Shown here one piece after another: positions 19,793 to 29,957 of a stretch of DNA of 64,000 bases. The DNA comes from Myxococcota bacterium. Its GTDB lineage: Bacteria; Myxococcota_A; Polyangia; Nannocystales; Nannocystaceae. The DNA is taken from the NCBI GenBank assembly GCA_039194325.1, contig JBCCWC010000002.1, positions 160,001 to 224,000 of the forward strand. Reading direction: 5' to 3'. How positions within the stretch are numbered: the first letter of the stretch is position 1; each line of letters begins with the position of its first letter. The position numbers and the translations under genes are program-made. Below the pieces are notes generated by a model. The model ran no database searches, was not told where the DNA came from, and saw nothing but the letters and a program-made list of their open reading frames with translations.

Positions 19793-21520
19793 CTACCGCT
19801 CTTGCCAGCGCTGCACGTCGGTGGCGCAGCCCAAGAAGGGCTCCACCAGATCCTCGCGGATGTGCAGCGGCGACGCCGAGTGATCCACCACCTTGCGGTA
19901 GGACGCAAAGCACGGCGACCGCCGGATCTCTGCGTTGAGCCGGCGGTAGTTGCGGTGCGGCAAGAAGATCGCCTCAGGGCGGTCGCGCTCGCAGATCGTC
20001 TCGAAGCTCTCGCCGTACACCAAGTGGTCCGAGAGGATCCCCGCCAGATCGACCACACGGGTTCGCCACAGCACCAGGCCGGGCACTCCCATCTCCGAGT
20101 GGTAGACGGTCTTGGCCTCGGGCAGGCACCGGGCCACGTCGAAGATCCCGCGGACCGTTGTCACCTGCCGGGCGTGCACCCGCATCAGCGCCGCGTCGCT
20201 GCGCACCTGAAACTGTACCGGTCGCTTCCAGCCGAGCACCGACGCGATCGCGAGTAGCCCCATGATCGAGAGGTCGAGCCGGGGTCGTGACCACGAGCGG
20301 GGCAGCAGCAGCCAGCCGGCGCTGGCGACCGCACCGGCGTAGCTCGGCATCGCGAGCCGGCCCAGGTAGTCACTGCGGGGGGTGGGGATCCAGTCGCGCG
20401 CATAGGCCACGGCGATGGCGGCCGCTAGCCCGACCAGCAGACCGAGGGTGGCGCGTCGGTGGCCACGATCCCTGAAGGCCTCGTCGCTTCGGGCGGCGGC
20501 CATGCAAAGCGGGACCAGGCCCGGCACGTAGAAGCGTGCGCGGTAGCCCATGATCTCGTTGGTCATCGTCAGGTGGTACGCCCACAGGGCCCCGGTGGCG
20601 GCCAGCAGCGCCAGGTTGGTCGGATCGCGGCGATGCATCGCCAGATAGACCAGCGGCGTGGCAAAGGCCACGGTGGCGCCAAAGTGGATCTGCTTGTCGG
20701 CCCGGCCCAGCGCGAACAGCTCGTCGCCGTAGGGCTGCAGGCCCAGGGTCTTCATGAAGAACGAAAGCGGGAGCGGCGTGCCGTAGTAGAGCCCCAGCCC
20801 CACCAGCGTGACCAACATCGCGCCGGCCAGCGTGCCGAGGAATCGCGACGGAAACTCTCGGCGCAGCAGCGAGGGCACCACGTAGACCACCACGGGGACG
20901 AGCGCGATGTCGGGGCGGCACAGATACACCAGCACGGTCAGTAGCGCGGCCCACCGAGCCGACAGTGCCCGGTGACCCTCGGGGCCCACCATCGCCATCA
21001 AGACCGCGGCGAGGCCCAGGAGCGTGGAGGCGGTCTCCATCCCGGTGAGCACGGTGGTGAGCACCAGGGGGGATCCCAGGGCCAGCAGCGCGATGAGCGA
21101 GCCGCGGTGGGAGTGGGCGGCCAGTGTGCACCAGCGCATCAGCAGCGCACCCAGGGCTGCCAGGCTCAGGGCGCACAGCACCTTGATCGCGACCACGTAG
21201 TGGGTGTGGGTGATCGCGGCGGCGAGCGTGGCCAGCAGCTGGAAGATCTGGCTGGTGCATCCGTAGACCGCCCCGTCCTCCAGGTTCCAGGCGTACACGC
21301 CGTGCTCGAGGGCGTGGAGGGCGAAGCGCTTGAAGAAGTAGCCGTCGTCGTAGATCGGCACCCCGATCTCCCGTACCAGCAGGTACGCCGCCAAGGCCGC
21401 ATAGAGGCCCGCGACGGGGATCCAGGTGCGGGCCGGTGAGGGCGCCTGGGTGTCGGCTGGGGCGTTGGCCGGGGTGTCCGTCGGGGCTTCCCTCGGTTCG
21501 TCTGGGGAGGAGCGAGGCAT
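19793..21520 (-). CDS. GT-C-like polytopic membrane glycosyltransferase
   Basis: DDGYFFKRFA after TM1, WN...VYGCTS, GMET, RPD, YYGTPLP, RFYVP and DLAGILSD, with about 11-13 hydrophobic segments. Confidence 0.75.
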   Translation of the reverse strand: MPRSSPDEPREAPTDTPANAPADTQAPSPARTWIPVAGLYAALAAYLLVREIGVPIYDDGYFFKRFALHALEHGVYAWNLEDGAVYGCTSQIFQLLATLAAAITHTHYVVAIKVLCALSLAALGALLMRWCTLAAHSHRGSLIALLALGSPLVLTTVLTGMETASTLLGLAAVLMAMVGPEGHRALSARWAALLTVLVYLCRPDIALVPVVVYVVPSLLRREFPSRFLGTLAGAMLVTLVGLGLYYGTPLPLSFFMKTLGLQPYGDELFALGRADKQIHFGATVAFATPLVYLAMHRRDPTNLALLAATGALWAYHLTMTNEIMGYRARFYVPGLVPLCMAAARSDEAFRDRGHRRATLGLLVGLAAAIAVAYARDWIPTPRSDYLGRLAMPSYAGAVASAGWLLLPRSWSRPRLDLSIMGLLAIASVLGWKRPVQFQVRSDAALMRVHARQVTTVRGIFDVARCLPEAKTVYHSEMGVPGLVLWRTRVVDLAGILSDHLVYGESFETICERDRPEAIFLPHRNYRRLNAEIRRSPCFASYRKVVDHSASPLHIREDLVEPFLGCATDVQRWQER

Positions 21521-21616
21521 CGGTGCGGAGTGCAGCGCGGGGCAGCATTGCACAACGACGCGCCATCGGGGACCCTCGCCCGGGTGACCATAGCCGAGCA
21601 CCGCGAGCCGAACGAC

Positions 21617-22585
21617 ATGCAGGCCCGGGCCTTGTGGGTGGTCGGCCCCGGGCGGGGAGAGCTGCGCACGGAGGTCCTCGACCCGCCCGCGCCCGACGAG
21701 GTCTTGGTGCGCACGCTGTACACCGCGGTGAGTCGGGGGACCGAGTCACTGGTGTTCCACGGTCACGTGCCGCCCGGCGAGTATGCGCGGATGCGGGCTC
21801 CTCACCAGGCCGGCGACTTTCCTGCGCCGGTCAAGTACGGCTACTGCAACGTCGGGCGGGTCGAGCGAGGCCCGGACTCATGGGTCGATCGTGCGGTCTT
21901 TTGCCTGTACCCGCACCAGACCCGCTACGTCGTGCCCACCGGGGCCGTCGTGCCGATCCCCTCGGCCGTACCCCCGGCGCGGGCCGTCTTGGCCGCGAAC
22001 ATGGAGACCGCCATCAACGGGGTATGGGACGCCGCGATCCGGATCGGGGAGCGGATCGTCGTGATCGGGGCGGGCGTGGTGGGTAGCTTGGTCGCCTACC
22101 TGGCCCGTCGGGTCGTGGGCTGCGAGGTCCAGCTGGTCGACATCGACGAGCGCAAGCGGTCGATCGCCGACGCGTTCGGGGTGAGCTTTGCCCTCCCCGA
22201 CCAGGCGTGGTCCGACGTCGATTGCGTCTTCGAGGCCAGCGGCTCGCCCGAGGGCCTGGTGCAAGGGCTCGAGCGGGCGGGGCCCGAGGCTCGGGTGGTC
22301 GTGCTCAGCTGGTTCGGCGACCAGGTCGTCCCGCTGCCGCTGGGGCAGGCCTTTCATGCCTGGCGGCTACGGATCCTCTCGTCTCAGGTGGGGTCGCTGC
22401 CGCCGGAGCAGCGGTCGCGATGGAACTACCAGCGTCGCCTCGCGCTGGCTCTGCGCCTGCTCGAAGACGACGCCCTCGACGCCCTGGTGACCGCCCAGAC
22501 CCCCTTCGAGGGGCTGCCCGAGACGATGCCTCAGATCGCCGATCCCGCCACCTTCGTGCTTTGCCATCGCATTGTGTACGGTTGA
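21617..22585 (+). CDS. Medium-chain (zinc-binding family) dehydrogenase
   Basis: SRGTESLVF, PVKYGYCNVG, Rossmann motif VIGAGVVG and EASG. Confidence 0.9.
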   Translation: MQARALWVVGPGRGELRTEVLDPPAPDEVLVRTLYTAVSRGTESLVFHGHVPPGEYARMRAPHQAGDFPAPVKYGYCNVGRVERGPDSWVDRAVFCLYPHQTRYVVPTGAVVPIPSAVPPARAVLAANMETAINGVWDAAIRIGERIVVIGAGVVGSLVAYLARRVVGCEVQLVDIDERKRSIADAFGVSFALPDQAWSDVDCVFEASGSPEGLVQGLERAGPEARVVVLSWFGDQVVPLPLGQAFHAWRLRILSSQVGSLPPEQRSRWNYQRRLALALRLLEDDALDALVTAQTPFEGLPETMPQIADPATFVLCHRIVYG

Positions 22586-22588
22586 CCC

Positions 22589-22987
22589 ATGTTCACCGTT
22601 TGCGTTCGCGACCACGTGATGATCGCCCACAGCTTCCAAGGCGAGCTGTTCGGGCCGGCCCAGCGCCTGCATGGGGCCACCTACGTCATCGACGTGGAGT
22701 TTCGGCGGACCGCGCTCGATCCCAACGGCGTGGTGGTCGACATCGGCCGGGCCACCGACGCGCTGCGGGCGATCACCGCCCAGTACGCCTACCGCAACCT
22801 CGACGACCTGCCGCAGTTCACCGGGGTCAACACCACCACCGAGGTCCTGGCCAAGACCGTCTTCGACGCCATGAAGGCTCGGATCGACGCCGGCGAGCTC
22901 GGCTCTGGCTCCGAGGGGCTGCACTCGCTCAAGGTCACGCTGCACGAGTCCCACGTGGCGTGGGCGGCATTCGAAGCCGAGCTTTGA
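22589..22987 (+). CDS. 6-pyruvoyl-tetrahydropterin synthase-like protein (COG0720), PTPS-IV type
   Basis: HVMIAHS...FGPAQRLHGATY...NLD...NTTTE...LHES. It has no catalytic Cys of the QueD CxxxHGH type. Confidence 0.9.
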   Translation: MFTVCVRDHVMIAHSFQGELFGPAQRLHGATYVIDVEFRRTALDPNGVVVDIGRATDALRAITAQYAYRNLDDLPQFTGVNTTTEVLAKTVFDAMKARIDAGELGSGSEGLHSLKVTLHESHVAWAAFEAEL

Positions 22988-23026
22988 CGGTTCCTCGTCT
23001 GGCGAGCCTTAGCGAGCCTGGGTTCG

Positions 23027-24280
23027 TCAGCCTGGCCTGGCCGAGGGCAAGGCCCCGGCCTCGGCCTCGACCTCGACCAGCGAGGCGAACGTGGGGACGC
23101 GGTCGGTGGTTTCGATCGCGGGAACTTCCTGCAAGACCGAAAGAAGCTCTCCGTCAGCTCGAAGCTCGCCCAAGCCCCGGTAGTCTTCAATCCACTGTGA
23201 AAGGTGGTGTTCATCCAGCGTGCGTAGTCGAGTGCGATCATGGACATCGAGCTCGGTCACGACGACTGAATGAGTTGGCTCGGTAAGCCCGTCGAGTAGT
23301 CGATCGGAATGAGTCGCGAGCACTACCGGATATCGCTCGCTCATTGCTTCGAACATTCCGAGAACTCGCGGCAGTATGCCGGGGTGTAAGTGCTGTTCGG
23401 GCTCGTCGAAGGCCAGCAACGAGCGGTGTTGATCGAGGCGAAACATGGCGACGAATGCCAGGTATGACAGCACGCCGTCGGCTAGCGAGAATTCCGTTAC
23501 GCGGCCCTGGTGCCGAGTTTCCAGGGCCAGTGCAATGTGCCCTCCTCCGGGGATGGCCTCGATTCGAACATCGCGGATATTGTCACCAAGGCCGAGTTGG
23601 ACATACTCGAGTGTTTCTGACCAATGGTCGATGCCGAATTCATTCTTGAGCGCTTGATATGCATTGGCGAGATTGGTGCCAAAGCGGTTGAGGCGCGCGG
23701 TTGGCTCCAATAGACCGAAGCCTCTAGGAGTTGTTTTACTCTGCGGAGACGATGACCATGCTGCTCCCACTTCGAAAGGAAGGTGAATGTCGATGTTTCG
23801 AAGGAGCTCAGCGATAGTAGCGATGGACTTGTCGAGTTGAGGCCCCTGATTGATTAGAGTCTCCAGTGGATTCAGCTGGACATTCTGGCCATTGATTGTG
23901 CTCCCATTGGAGCTTTTTGTTGCGTATGGTGAGTTGTTCTGCTCTCCGCGCTGGACGAATTCTAGTGGAACTGTTGCACCCCAGTTCCAGCCTTGGTAGT
24001 AGGTAAGAGGATCAGTCATCCCGTCGTCGACGGTCGCCGTCAATAAGATACGCTCTGCCCCGTTTTCCATGAGCAAGGGGATGCCGCCATGGATACTCGC
24101 GAAGCGATTCGGGTAGTTCTCATGGGCAGTGCATCGTAGTAGCTCCAGTGCCTCCAGGATCGAGCTCTTGCCCGAGCCATTGTCGCCGACGAGTACGGTC
24201 AGTCCGTCCAGCTTTAGGCGAACGTTCCGTAGTGATCGAAATCCGGAGATCGTCAGCTCGGTGAGCTTCGGAACTACCAC
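23027..24280 (-). CDS. ABC-type ATPase (AAA_21/COG4637-like), start approximate
   Basis: ISGFRSL, Walker A GDNGSGKS, signature SLADG, Walker B LLAFDEPE and LATHS. AT-richer than its neighbours. Confidence 0.88.
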   Translation of the reverse strand: MVVPKLTELTISGFRSLRNVRLKLDGLTVLVGDNGSGKSSILEALELLRCTAHENYPNRFASIHGGIPLLMENGAERILLTATVDDGMTDPLTYYQGWNWGATVPLEFVQRGEQNNSPYATKSSNGSTINGQNVQLNPLETLINQGPQLDKSIATIAELLRNIDIHLPFEVGAAWSSSPQSKTTPRGFGLLEPTARLNRFGTNLANAYQALKNEFGIDHWSETLEYVQLGLGDNIRDVRIEAIPGGGHIALALETRHQGRVTEFSLADGVLSYLAFVAMFRLDQHRSLLAFDEPEQHLHPGILPRVLGMFEAMSERYPVVLATHSDRLLDGLTEPTHSVVVTELDVHDRTRLRTLDEHHLSQWIEDYRGLGELRADGELLSVLQEVPAIETTDRVPTFASLVEVEAEAGALPSARPG

Positions 24281-24462
24281 GTGCCGACGGTAGCATGCCG
24301 CCTCAGTAGCGGTATCCATGCTGCATGCGCAAATTGCGCACTGTGGGATTGTCGATGAGGAGCCGCGTTTGTCACGTCAGGACCCTGATCCACGAGATGT
24401 TTGGTGGCCGTACTGTTTGGCCACCGAAGGAAGAAAGGGAGATAGTACCCGACGAGTCCTTC

Positions 24463-25431
24463 GTGCCTTCCCGCCTCCGCCAGCTCTGGCGCGATCACCC
24501 CCGCGCGACCGCAGCCCTGCGCTGGGCGCTGGGCCTGGGCCTTTTGGCCCTGACCCTCACGTGGATCGATCCCGCCGAGGTCCTCACCCCCATAGGCGCG
24601 GCCGATCCGGTCTGGCTGGCCCTGGCCTTGCTGCTGTCGCTGCCCATGATGCTGCTGATGGCCGTGCGCTGGAGCTTCACCGCACGGCGCATGGGGGTCG
24701 AGCTCCCGCTACGCACCGCGTGGCGCGACTACTACGTCTCGGCGTTGCTCAACTCGGTGCTCCCCGGCGGGGTGGCGGGCGACGTGGTCCGGGTCGCTCG
24801 CCAGGCCGGCGGCCCCGCGCGTCCGTTGGGCCCGGTGGCGCGCTCGGTGGTCGTGGAGCGGGCCGTGGGCCAGCTGGTATTGTGGCTGATGCTGCTGACC
24901 AGCGCCGTGCTGTGGGGGCTTGGCGATGTGGCCCTAGCCGTCTCGGTCGCGCTGTCGATCGCGGTGATCGGTGCCCTGGTGCTGGTGGGGCTCGGCGCCC
25001 ATCCCCGCGTGGCGTCGACCGCTCCGGGGCGGCTCATTGCCCGGATCCGTGGGGAGCTTCGCGCGGCGCTCTTGAGCGGTTGGGCCCTGGTGGTGCAGCT
25101 ATCCACCTCGGTCGGCAGCCTGATCGCCTTCATCGGCATGTACTACTGCTGCACGCGGGCGATCGGCTCGGTGATGACGCCCGCCCAGGCCCTGTTGGTC
25201 GTACCCGGAATCTTGGCTGTGACCACCGTGCCGCTGACCGTGGGAGGCTGGGGGGTCCGCGAGCTGAGCGCGATGGCGCTGTTCGAGCTGGCGGGGATCC
25301 CGAGCGCCGACGGGGCCGCCAGCTCGGTGCTCTTTGGGGCCGCGTGCCTGGTCGCCATGCTGCCCGGCGTAGTGCCCCTGTTGCGGCGCTCTACGGTCGA
25401 GGCCCGTTTGCCGGAGGGGGACCGGTCGTGA
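24463..25431 (+). CDS. Lysylphosphatidylglycerol-synthase TM / UPF0104 flippase-like protein, start uncertain
   Basis: AVRW, LNSVLPGGVAGDVVR, VVVER and PLTVGGWGVRE, with about 8 TM segments. Confidence 0.88.
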   Translation: MPSRLRQLWRDHPRATAALRWALGLGLLALTLTWIDPAEVLTPIGAADPVWLALALLLSLPMMLLMAVRWSFTARRMGVELPLRTAWRDYYVSALLNSVLPGGVAGDVVRVARQAGGPARPLGPVARSVVVERAVGQLVLWLMLLTSAVLWGLGDVALAVSVALSIAVIGALVLVGLGAHPRVASTAPGRLIARIRGELRAALLSGWALVVQLSTSVGSLIAFIGMYYCCTRAIGSVMTPAQALLVVPGILAVTTVPLTVGGWGVRELSAMALFELAGIPSADGAASSVLFGAACLVAMLPGVVPLLRRSTVEARLPEGDRS

Positions 25432-25471
25432 TCACGGCGGCCTGGGTTCACGTCGAAGCTGAGGAGACTCC

Positions 25472-26350
25472 GTGATGAGGAGGACCAGAGGCACTCGTCG
25501 AGCGGTGGTCCGAACATCGTTCATTCTCTCCGCGTCGGTCAGTGCGTGCGCAGAACGTATTCAGCTCGATAGCGAAGTGGGCGGTATGCTCGCGGAGCAC
25601 TTGTGCCCGATTCAGGCCGAGTGCGACTGTGCCGAGGATCTGCTCATCGTCGATTGCGAGGACGAGGTCGAACGAGAGGTGGCGCGCAGTGAGCAAGCAG
25701 TCATCGATCGAGGGCTGAAGGTGGACTCGGAGTGCCTCGAGGCGTTCTTGCATCGTATTGACGCACTCGCTTCTTGTGGTCCCCTCCGTGAGCATCTGAG
25801 TGAACCTTTAGCGTGCTTCGTGTACGCTGGAGCCGCGGAAGTCGGCGACGCCTGTCGAGTCTACGAGGTCTTTCCCCCGATGAGTGACTGTCGGCAGGGG
25901 CTGAGATGCAGGGATGGTACATGCTTCGACCCCTACGACATTCCTATACTACAAGAGGGAGAAACTTGTTGGGTGCCGTCTTCAACACCCAATATGCAGA
26001 CGGGTTTTTTGGGCGAGTGTGCCGAAGGGCTAGAGTGTGATTGGCGCGGAATCTGCAACGCGGTGGACCCCGCTCCGCCAATGGTCGCGATGGGGGATGA
26101 GTGTCTATATGGCTCTCAATGCCCGCTGGAGGGCTATTGTCGCCCGCCGTCAGGCGCAGACCAAGCGACGGAAGAGTTACCGGGTGTATGCACAGAATAC
26201 ACGCCGGCTGGTCGGGCGTGCTCACTCTCCTATGAGTGCGAGTGGATTTGTGAGCAAGGCGTGTGTCAAGAACCTCCGACGGCACTATGCTATACGTTGA
26301 CCACATGGCAGCTAGCGCGGGCGTCTGTCGAGCGTGCCGCGGGTTCATGA
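25472..26350 (+). CDS. Cys-rich hypothetical lipoprotein
   Basis: VSAC lipobox and more than 25 Cys in repeated G..C....C..GL.C patterns. Confidence 0.7.
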   Translation: MMRRTRGTRRAVVRTSFILSASVSACAERIQLDSEVGGMLAEHLCPIQAECDCAEDLLIVDCEDEVEREVARSEQAVIDRGLKVDSECLEAFLHRIDALASCGPLREHLSEPLACFVYAGAAEVGDACRVYEVFPPMSDCRQGLRCRDGTCFDPYDIPILQEGETCWVPSSTPNMQTGFLGECAEGLECDWRGICNAVDPAPPMVAMGDECLYGSQCPLEGYCRPPSGADQATEELPGVCTEYTPAGRACSLSYECEWICEQGVCQEPPTALCYTLTTWQLARASVERAAGS

Positions 26351-26410
26351 GCCCTCAGCGCTAGAGACACATTGTGGCCGCGAGGCTCACGCGGCGCGGC
26401 TCGCTCGCGA

Positions 26411-29086
26411 TCAAGACCGCCGGCGAGGCCGATCGTTGTGCTGGTGGTTTCGCAGGTGGGCGTGCGGCCGAGTCACCCGCCGCTTGCGCTCCACCGCCCG
26501 ATATCGGTTGGTGGATGGTCGCGGGGAGACGTTGTGGGCCTGGCGTACCGCGATCGCCCGCTCGTGGGGCAGGGGCCCGTCGACCAGGTCGATCGGCTCG
26601 CGCTGCTGCTCGGCCAGGCGCTCGCCCACCCGCTCCCAGGTGGTGTGGCTCATCCCCAGCATCACCGCCACCACCAGCCCCAGCAGGGTGCCCAGCCCGG
26701 CTCGGGTGAGCAGCACGTTGCGATCGGACAGCGGCTCCAGGGTGGGGGGCTGCACCAGCTCGAAGCGGGCTTCCACCTGACGCCGCTCCAGCGCCAGCTG
26801 CAGCTCGCTGCTTCCCAGGCGGATCTGCAGCTCGTTGTGCTGGGTCTGCAGGGCTTCGTAGCGGCGATCGAGCGCGGCCTGCTCTGCCTCGCGGGCGGGC
26901 AGATCCCCCAAGACCTCCTCGAGCTGCGCGATCTCGGCCTCGGTGCGGGCCAGGTCGCCGCGGGCGACTTTTTGCAGGCTGCGGGCTTCGTTCAGCGAGA
27001 GCTTGGCTCGGGAGTAGGCCGGGTTGCTCCGCACTTCGATCCGATCTCCACCCTTGTCGAGCAGCTCCTGGTGGCGATCTTCGAGCGCCGACAGGCGGGC
27101 CTGCAGACCCTTGATGTTGGGGTGCTCAGCGCCCTGGCCGCTGGCCCGGGCCTCGATCAGCTCCTTCTCGGTGGCGACGATCTCGTCCGAGAAGGGCCGC
27201 GCGTCCTCGATTCGCTGCTCGATGAGCTTGTCCTCGCTGCCCAGGCGCTGGCGGGCGATGTCCACGCTGGCCTTCATGCGATCGGCCAGCGCGGCCGCCT
27301 CGCGGCGATCGTCGCGTAGCTCGAGCATCCGTCGTCGGAGCGCCAGGGTGTGCTCGGGCTGGGCCTCGCCCGCCTCCATCTTGAACGCGACCCGGGTGGT
27401 CTCCACCGAGCTCAGCTCTTCGTCGACGTCCTCGAGCTCCTTGCGCAGCGTGTCGACCTCGGCGGTCAGCACCTTGATCGCCTTGTCGACCTCGGTCTCC
27501 AGGAACAGATCGAGGTGGACCTTGAGGAACGCGATCGCGTCTTCTCCTTCGGGGGCCTCGTAGCTGCCGTGGTATATGTACTGAGACGCCCGCTCGAAGG
27601 CGAGCAGCTGCTGGGTGTCGTTGATGGTCGTCGCGTCGGGCTCGGGCTCGCCTAGCTCTTCGAGGGTGCGCTCGATGAGCTCCGGCCCCAAGAAGTTGTC
27701 CTGGGCCGATCGGAAGAAGGTGAGGTTGCGACGAACCGCCGGGTCGACCGGGTTGTCGCTGGGGTCTTGCACCAGGCTCAGCTCGAAGCGAGCGATCATC
27801 GGCGGGGGAATGAACTGCGGGCTGAGCAGCCCCACGACCAGCCCGAGCACCGGCAGCGCGAGCAGCAGGGGCCGATAGCGGCGCCAAAAAGCCACCATCT
27901 GGGCCAGGCGATCGATCACGTCCGGCTCGGGGAGGCCCACCGTGGCCACCGGTCCGGTCCCGGTGCTTCGGACGATCTGGGCCGACGTCGGCGGCACGGG
28001 GAGCTCGGACGCCAGCGGTGGGGGCCGCATTAGGCCCGACTGTGCGGGGGAGGCTGTCTCCACCAGCACGCTAGGCTCGGCCATGGTCGAAAGCAGCGCG
28101 CCCGAGTCTTTCGGCGTCCGGATCGCCACCGAAGGTTGAACCACCGGTGGGTTGCGCAGCGAGGTCAACCCTCGGGTGTAGCGTAGCTCGGTGTCACCGA
28201 GGGTGATGACGTCACCGGTCTCGAGCACCACCTGCTCGATCGGCGTGCCGTTGTGGAGCGTCCCGCTGCGAGCGTCGAGATCGATCACGCGGTGGCGACC
28301 GTCTTTTGTGGGCTCGATGCGAACGTGGAAGAGCGCCACGCCGTCGCCCTCGGTGACGATGTCGGCCGCCTTGGAGCGGCCCACCAGGATGTTGAGGTCG
28401 CCTAGCGGGAAGCTGCGCTCTTCGCCGTTGGCGGTCGTCAGCACCAGGCACGGAGTGCCGGACTCGTGCAAGCTGATGGGATCGGTCGTCTCCTCGACGA
28501 TGGCCCGGGGGGCGCCGTCGACCGGTCGAGCGTCGTCGGGCTCGTGGTCGGCAACGATGATGGTGGGCTTGGGTGGCTCGTCGTGGGGTTGGGGAGTAAC
28601 GGTGGAGTCGGGCGTAGGCTTGGGGAGCTCGTCGTGGGGCTGGGGAGTAGCGGTGGAGTCGGGCGTAGGCTCGGGGAGTTCGTTGTGGGGTTGGGCGGTG
28701 ACGGTGGAGTCGGGCGTAGGTTCGGGGGGCTGGGGAGTGACGGCGCGGTCGATTTTAGGGGTTTGGACCGGGTGGCTCGCAGTGTCGGGTCGAGCGCGAG
28801 TTCGTTCGTTGGGCCGACGGCGCCCGTGATCCTCGGCCCAGTCGGGAGTCGCGTAGTAGTGGTCGTCGACCGGATCGGGGGTGGCGTAGTAGTGATCGTC
28901 GTGGTCTCGACGACGAGGCGCCTGGGCGCTGTCATCGGGGCGCGGCTCGGATCCGACCTCGACGTCGTGCTCGTCCATCGGGTCCGGCTCTTGAGCCGGA
29001 ATTTCTTCGGTTCCGTGCCGTGTATTCTGAGGCCGACGATCGCCTCCCTCGCCGTCGATCACCTCAAGCTCAACTGCACCCACCAC
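26411..29086 (-). CDS. FHA domain fused to a Wzz/GumC-like polysaccharide co-polymerase (start may be ATG 28978)
   Basis: Disordered repetitive N-terminus, FHA (LVGRSK..DIV...HVRI...VIDLDARSGTLHNG...LETGDVITLG), TM, a long coiled coil with EHPNI, ELVQPP and a second TM. No Walker motifs. Confidence 0.8.
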   Translation of the reverse strand: MVGAVELEVIDGEGGDRRPQNTRHGTEEIPAQEPDPMDEHDVEVGSEPRPDDSAQAPRRRDHDDHYYATPDPVDDHYYATPDWAEDHGRRRPNERTRARPDTASHPVQTPKIDRAVTPQPPEPTPDSTVTAQPHNELPEPTPDSTATPQPHDELPKPTPDSTVTPQPHDEPPKPTIIVADHEPDDARPVDGAPRAIVEETTDPISLHESGTPCLVLTTANGEERSFPLGDLNILVGRSKAADIVTEGDGVALFHVRIEPTKDGRHRVIDLDARSGTLHNGTPIEQVVLETGDVITLGDTELRYTRGLTSLRNPPVVQPSVAIRTPKDSGALLSTMAEPSVLVETASPAQSGLMRPPPLASELPVPPTSAQIVRSTGTGPVATVGLPEPDVIDRLAQMVAFWRRYRPLLLALPVLGLVVGLLSPQFIPPPMIARFELSLVQDPSDNPVDPAVRRNLTFFRSAQDNFLGPELIERTLEELGEPEPDATTINDTQQLLAFERASQYIYHGSYEAPEGEDAIAFLKVHLDLFLETEVDKAIKVLTAEVDTLRKELEDVDEELSSVETTRVAFKMEAGEAQPEHTLALRRRMLELRDDRREAAALADRMKASVDIARQRLGSEDKLIEQRIEDARPFSDEIVATEKELIEARASGQGAEHPNIKGLQARLSALEDRHQELLDKGGDRIEVRSNPAYSRAKLSLNEARSLQKVARGDLARTEAEIAQLEEVLGDLPAREAEQAALDRRYEALQTQHNELQIRLGSSELQLALERRQVEARFELVQPPTLEPLSDRNVLLTRAGLGTLLGLVVAVMLGMSHTTWERVGERLAEQQREPIDLVDGPLPHERAIAVRQAHNVSPRPSTNRYRAVERKRRVTRPHAHLRNHQHNDRPRRRS
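28565..28745 (-). repeat. 51-bp coding tandem repeat (P[EK]PTPDST[VA]TPQPHDEL), about 3.5 copies
   Basis: GGTGGAGTCGGGCGTAGG recurs at 51-bp spacing. Confidence 0.9.
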
Positions 29087-29260
29087 TAGAGTAATGGCCG
29101 GACCTTAGGGATCTCTTCGATGAAATCTTTGTAAGGTTCGTTGCTTTGGGCCCGGTTTTTTCATGATCCTTGCACTAAACACCGCCAACGAACCTCTTGG
29201 TTGCCTTTGGGGCGGTCGATCGATCGCATGAGTACCGAGTGCCGTCGACCGACTTGGGAC

Positions 29261-29712
29261 AGATCGGCGGGAGATCGGCGGGAGATCGGCAGGAGATCGG
29301 CTGCTCGGATGTCCGGGTTGGCCCACCCGAGCCTCGGAGCCCGAGTGTCGTTCGGTCTGGCCGTCCAGATCTCCCTCGGATCTCACTGGGCCTCCCCGGA
29401 TTTCCGCAGTGGAGCGTGCGTTCTCAATCTGAACGTATTGCCGCGTGCCAGTGGTCAGGGGGACGGAGCACCCATGACCAGGGATGCAACTGGGGGCCGC
29501 ATGCATCGATGGCGGGCACGGGGCCGAGCGGGCGTGGAGGAGAGTCGGTCATCGAGCGGGTCCGATGATCGACCGGCGATCGTTGAGTCGTGATGGTGCG
29601 TCGTGATGGTGTGTCGTGGGGCGCTCGATCGAGCGGATGGATCTTCGGCGGGTGGATCTTCCGCTCGGGGATCGTCAGCCCGGGGATCGTCAGCCCGGAG
29701 ATCGTCAGCCCG
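29261..29712. repeat. Intergenic short tandem repeats (11-bp AGATCGGCGGG about 3.7 copies; 15-bp GATCGTCAGCCCGG(G/A) about 3 copies)
   Basis: Seen at 29261-29301 and about 29670-29712 in the divergent intergenic region. Confidence 0.75.
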
Positions 29713-29957
29713 ACCGATCGCGGTCGCGGATTTTGGCCCACGATCAAGACGCTATACCGTCCGTTATTGGCACTGACATTGGCATTGCTTTGGTGATTGC
29801 ACCGATAGTTCGCCATTGCCATCACGCGCTGAATAGTTTGTGACTAAGAATGCCAAATCGTCACGAATTCGACGTCGATGAGACCCGATTCGCGTTGACC
29901 TAGTGCCATTGTTCGCGCGAAATTGATCGTGTCCCAACCGGTGAGCATCGAATCGAT

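Noticed and set aside
22589..22987. Calling this gene queD (queuosine or 7-deazaguanine DNA modification)
   Set aside because: It lacks the CxxxHGH motif, and no queC, queE, folE or dpdA is in the window.
29768..29785. Sigma54-like TTGGCAC-N5-TTGG upstream of the secreted protein gene
   Set aside because: The -12 element reads TTGG rather than TTGC, so the conserved GC is missing at the required spacing.
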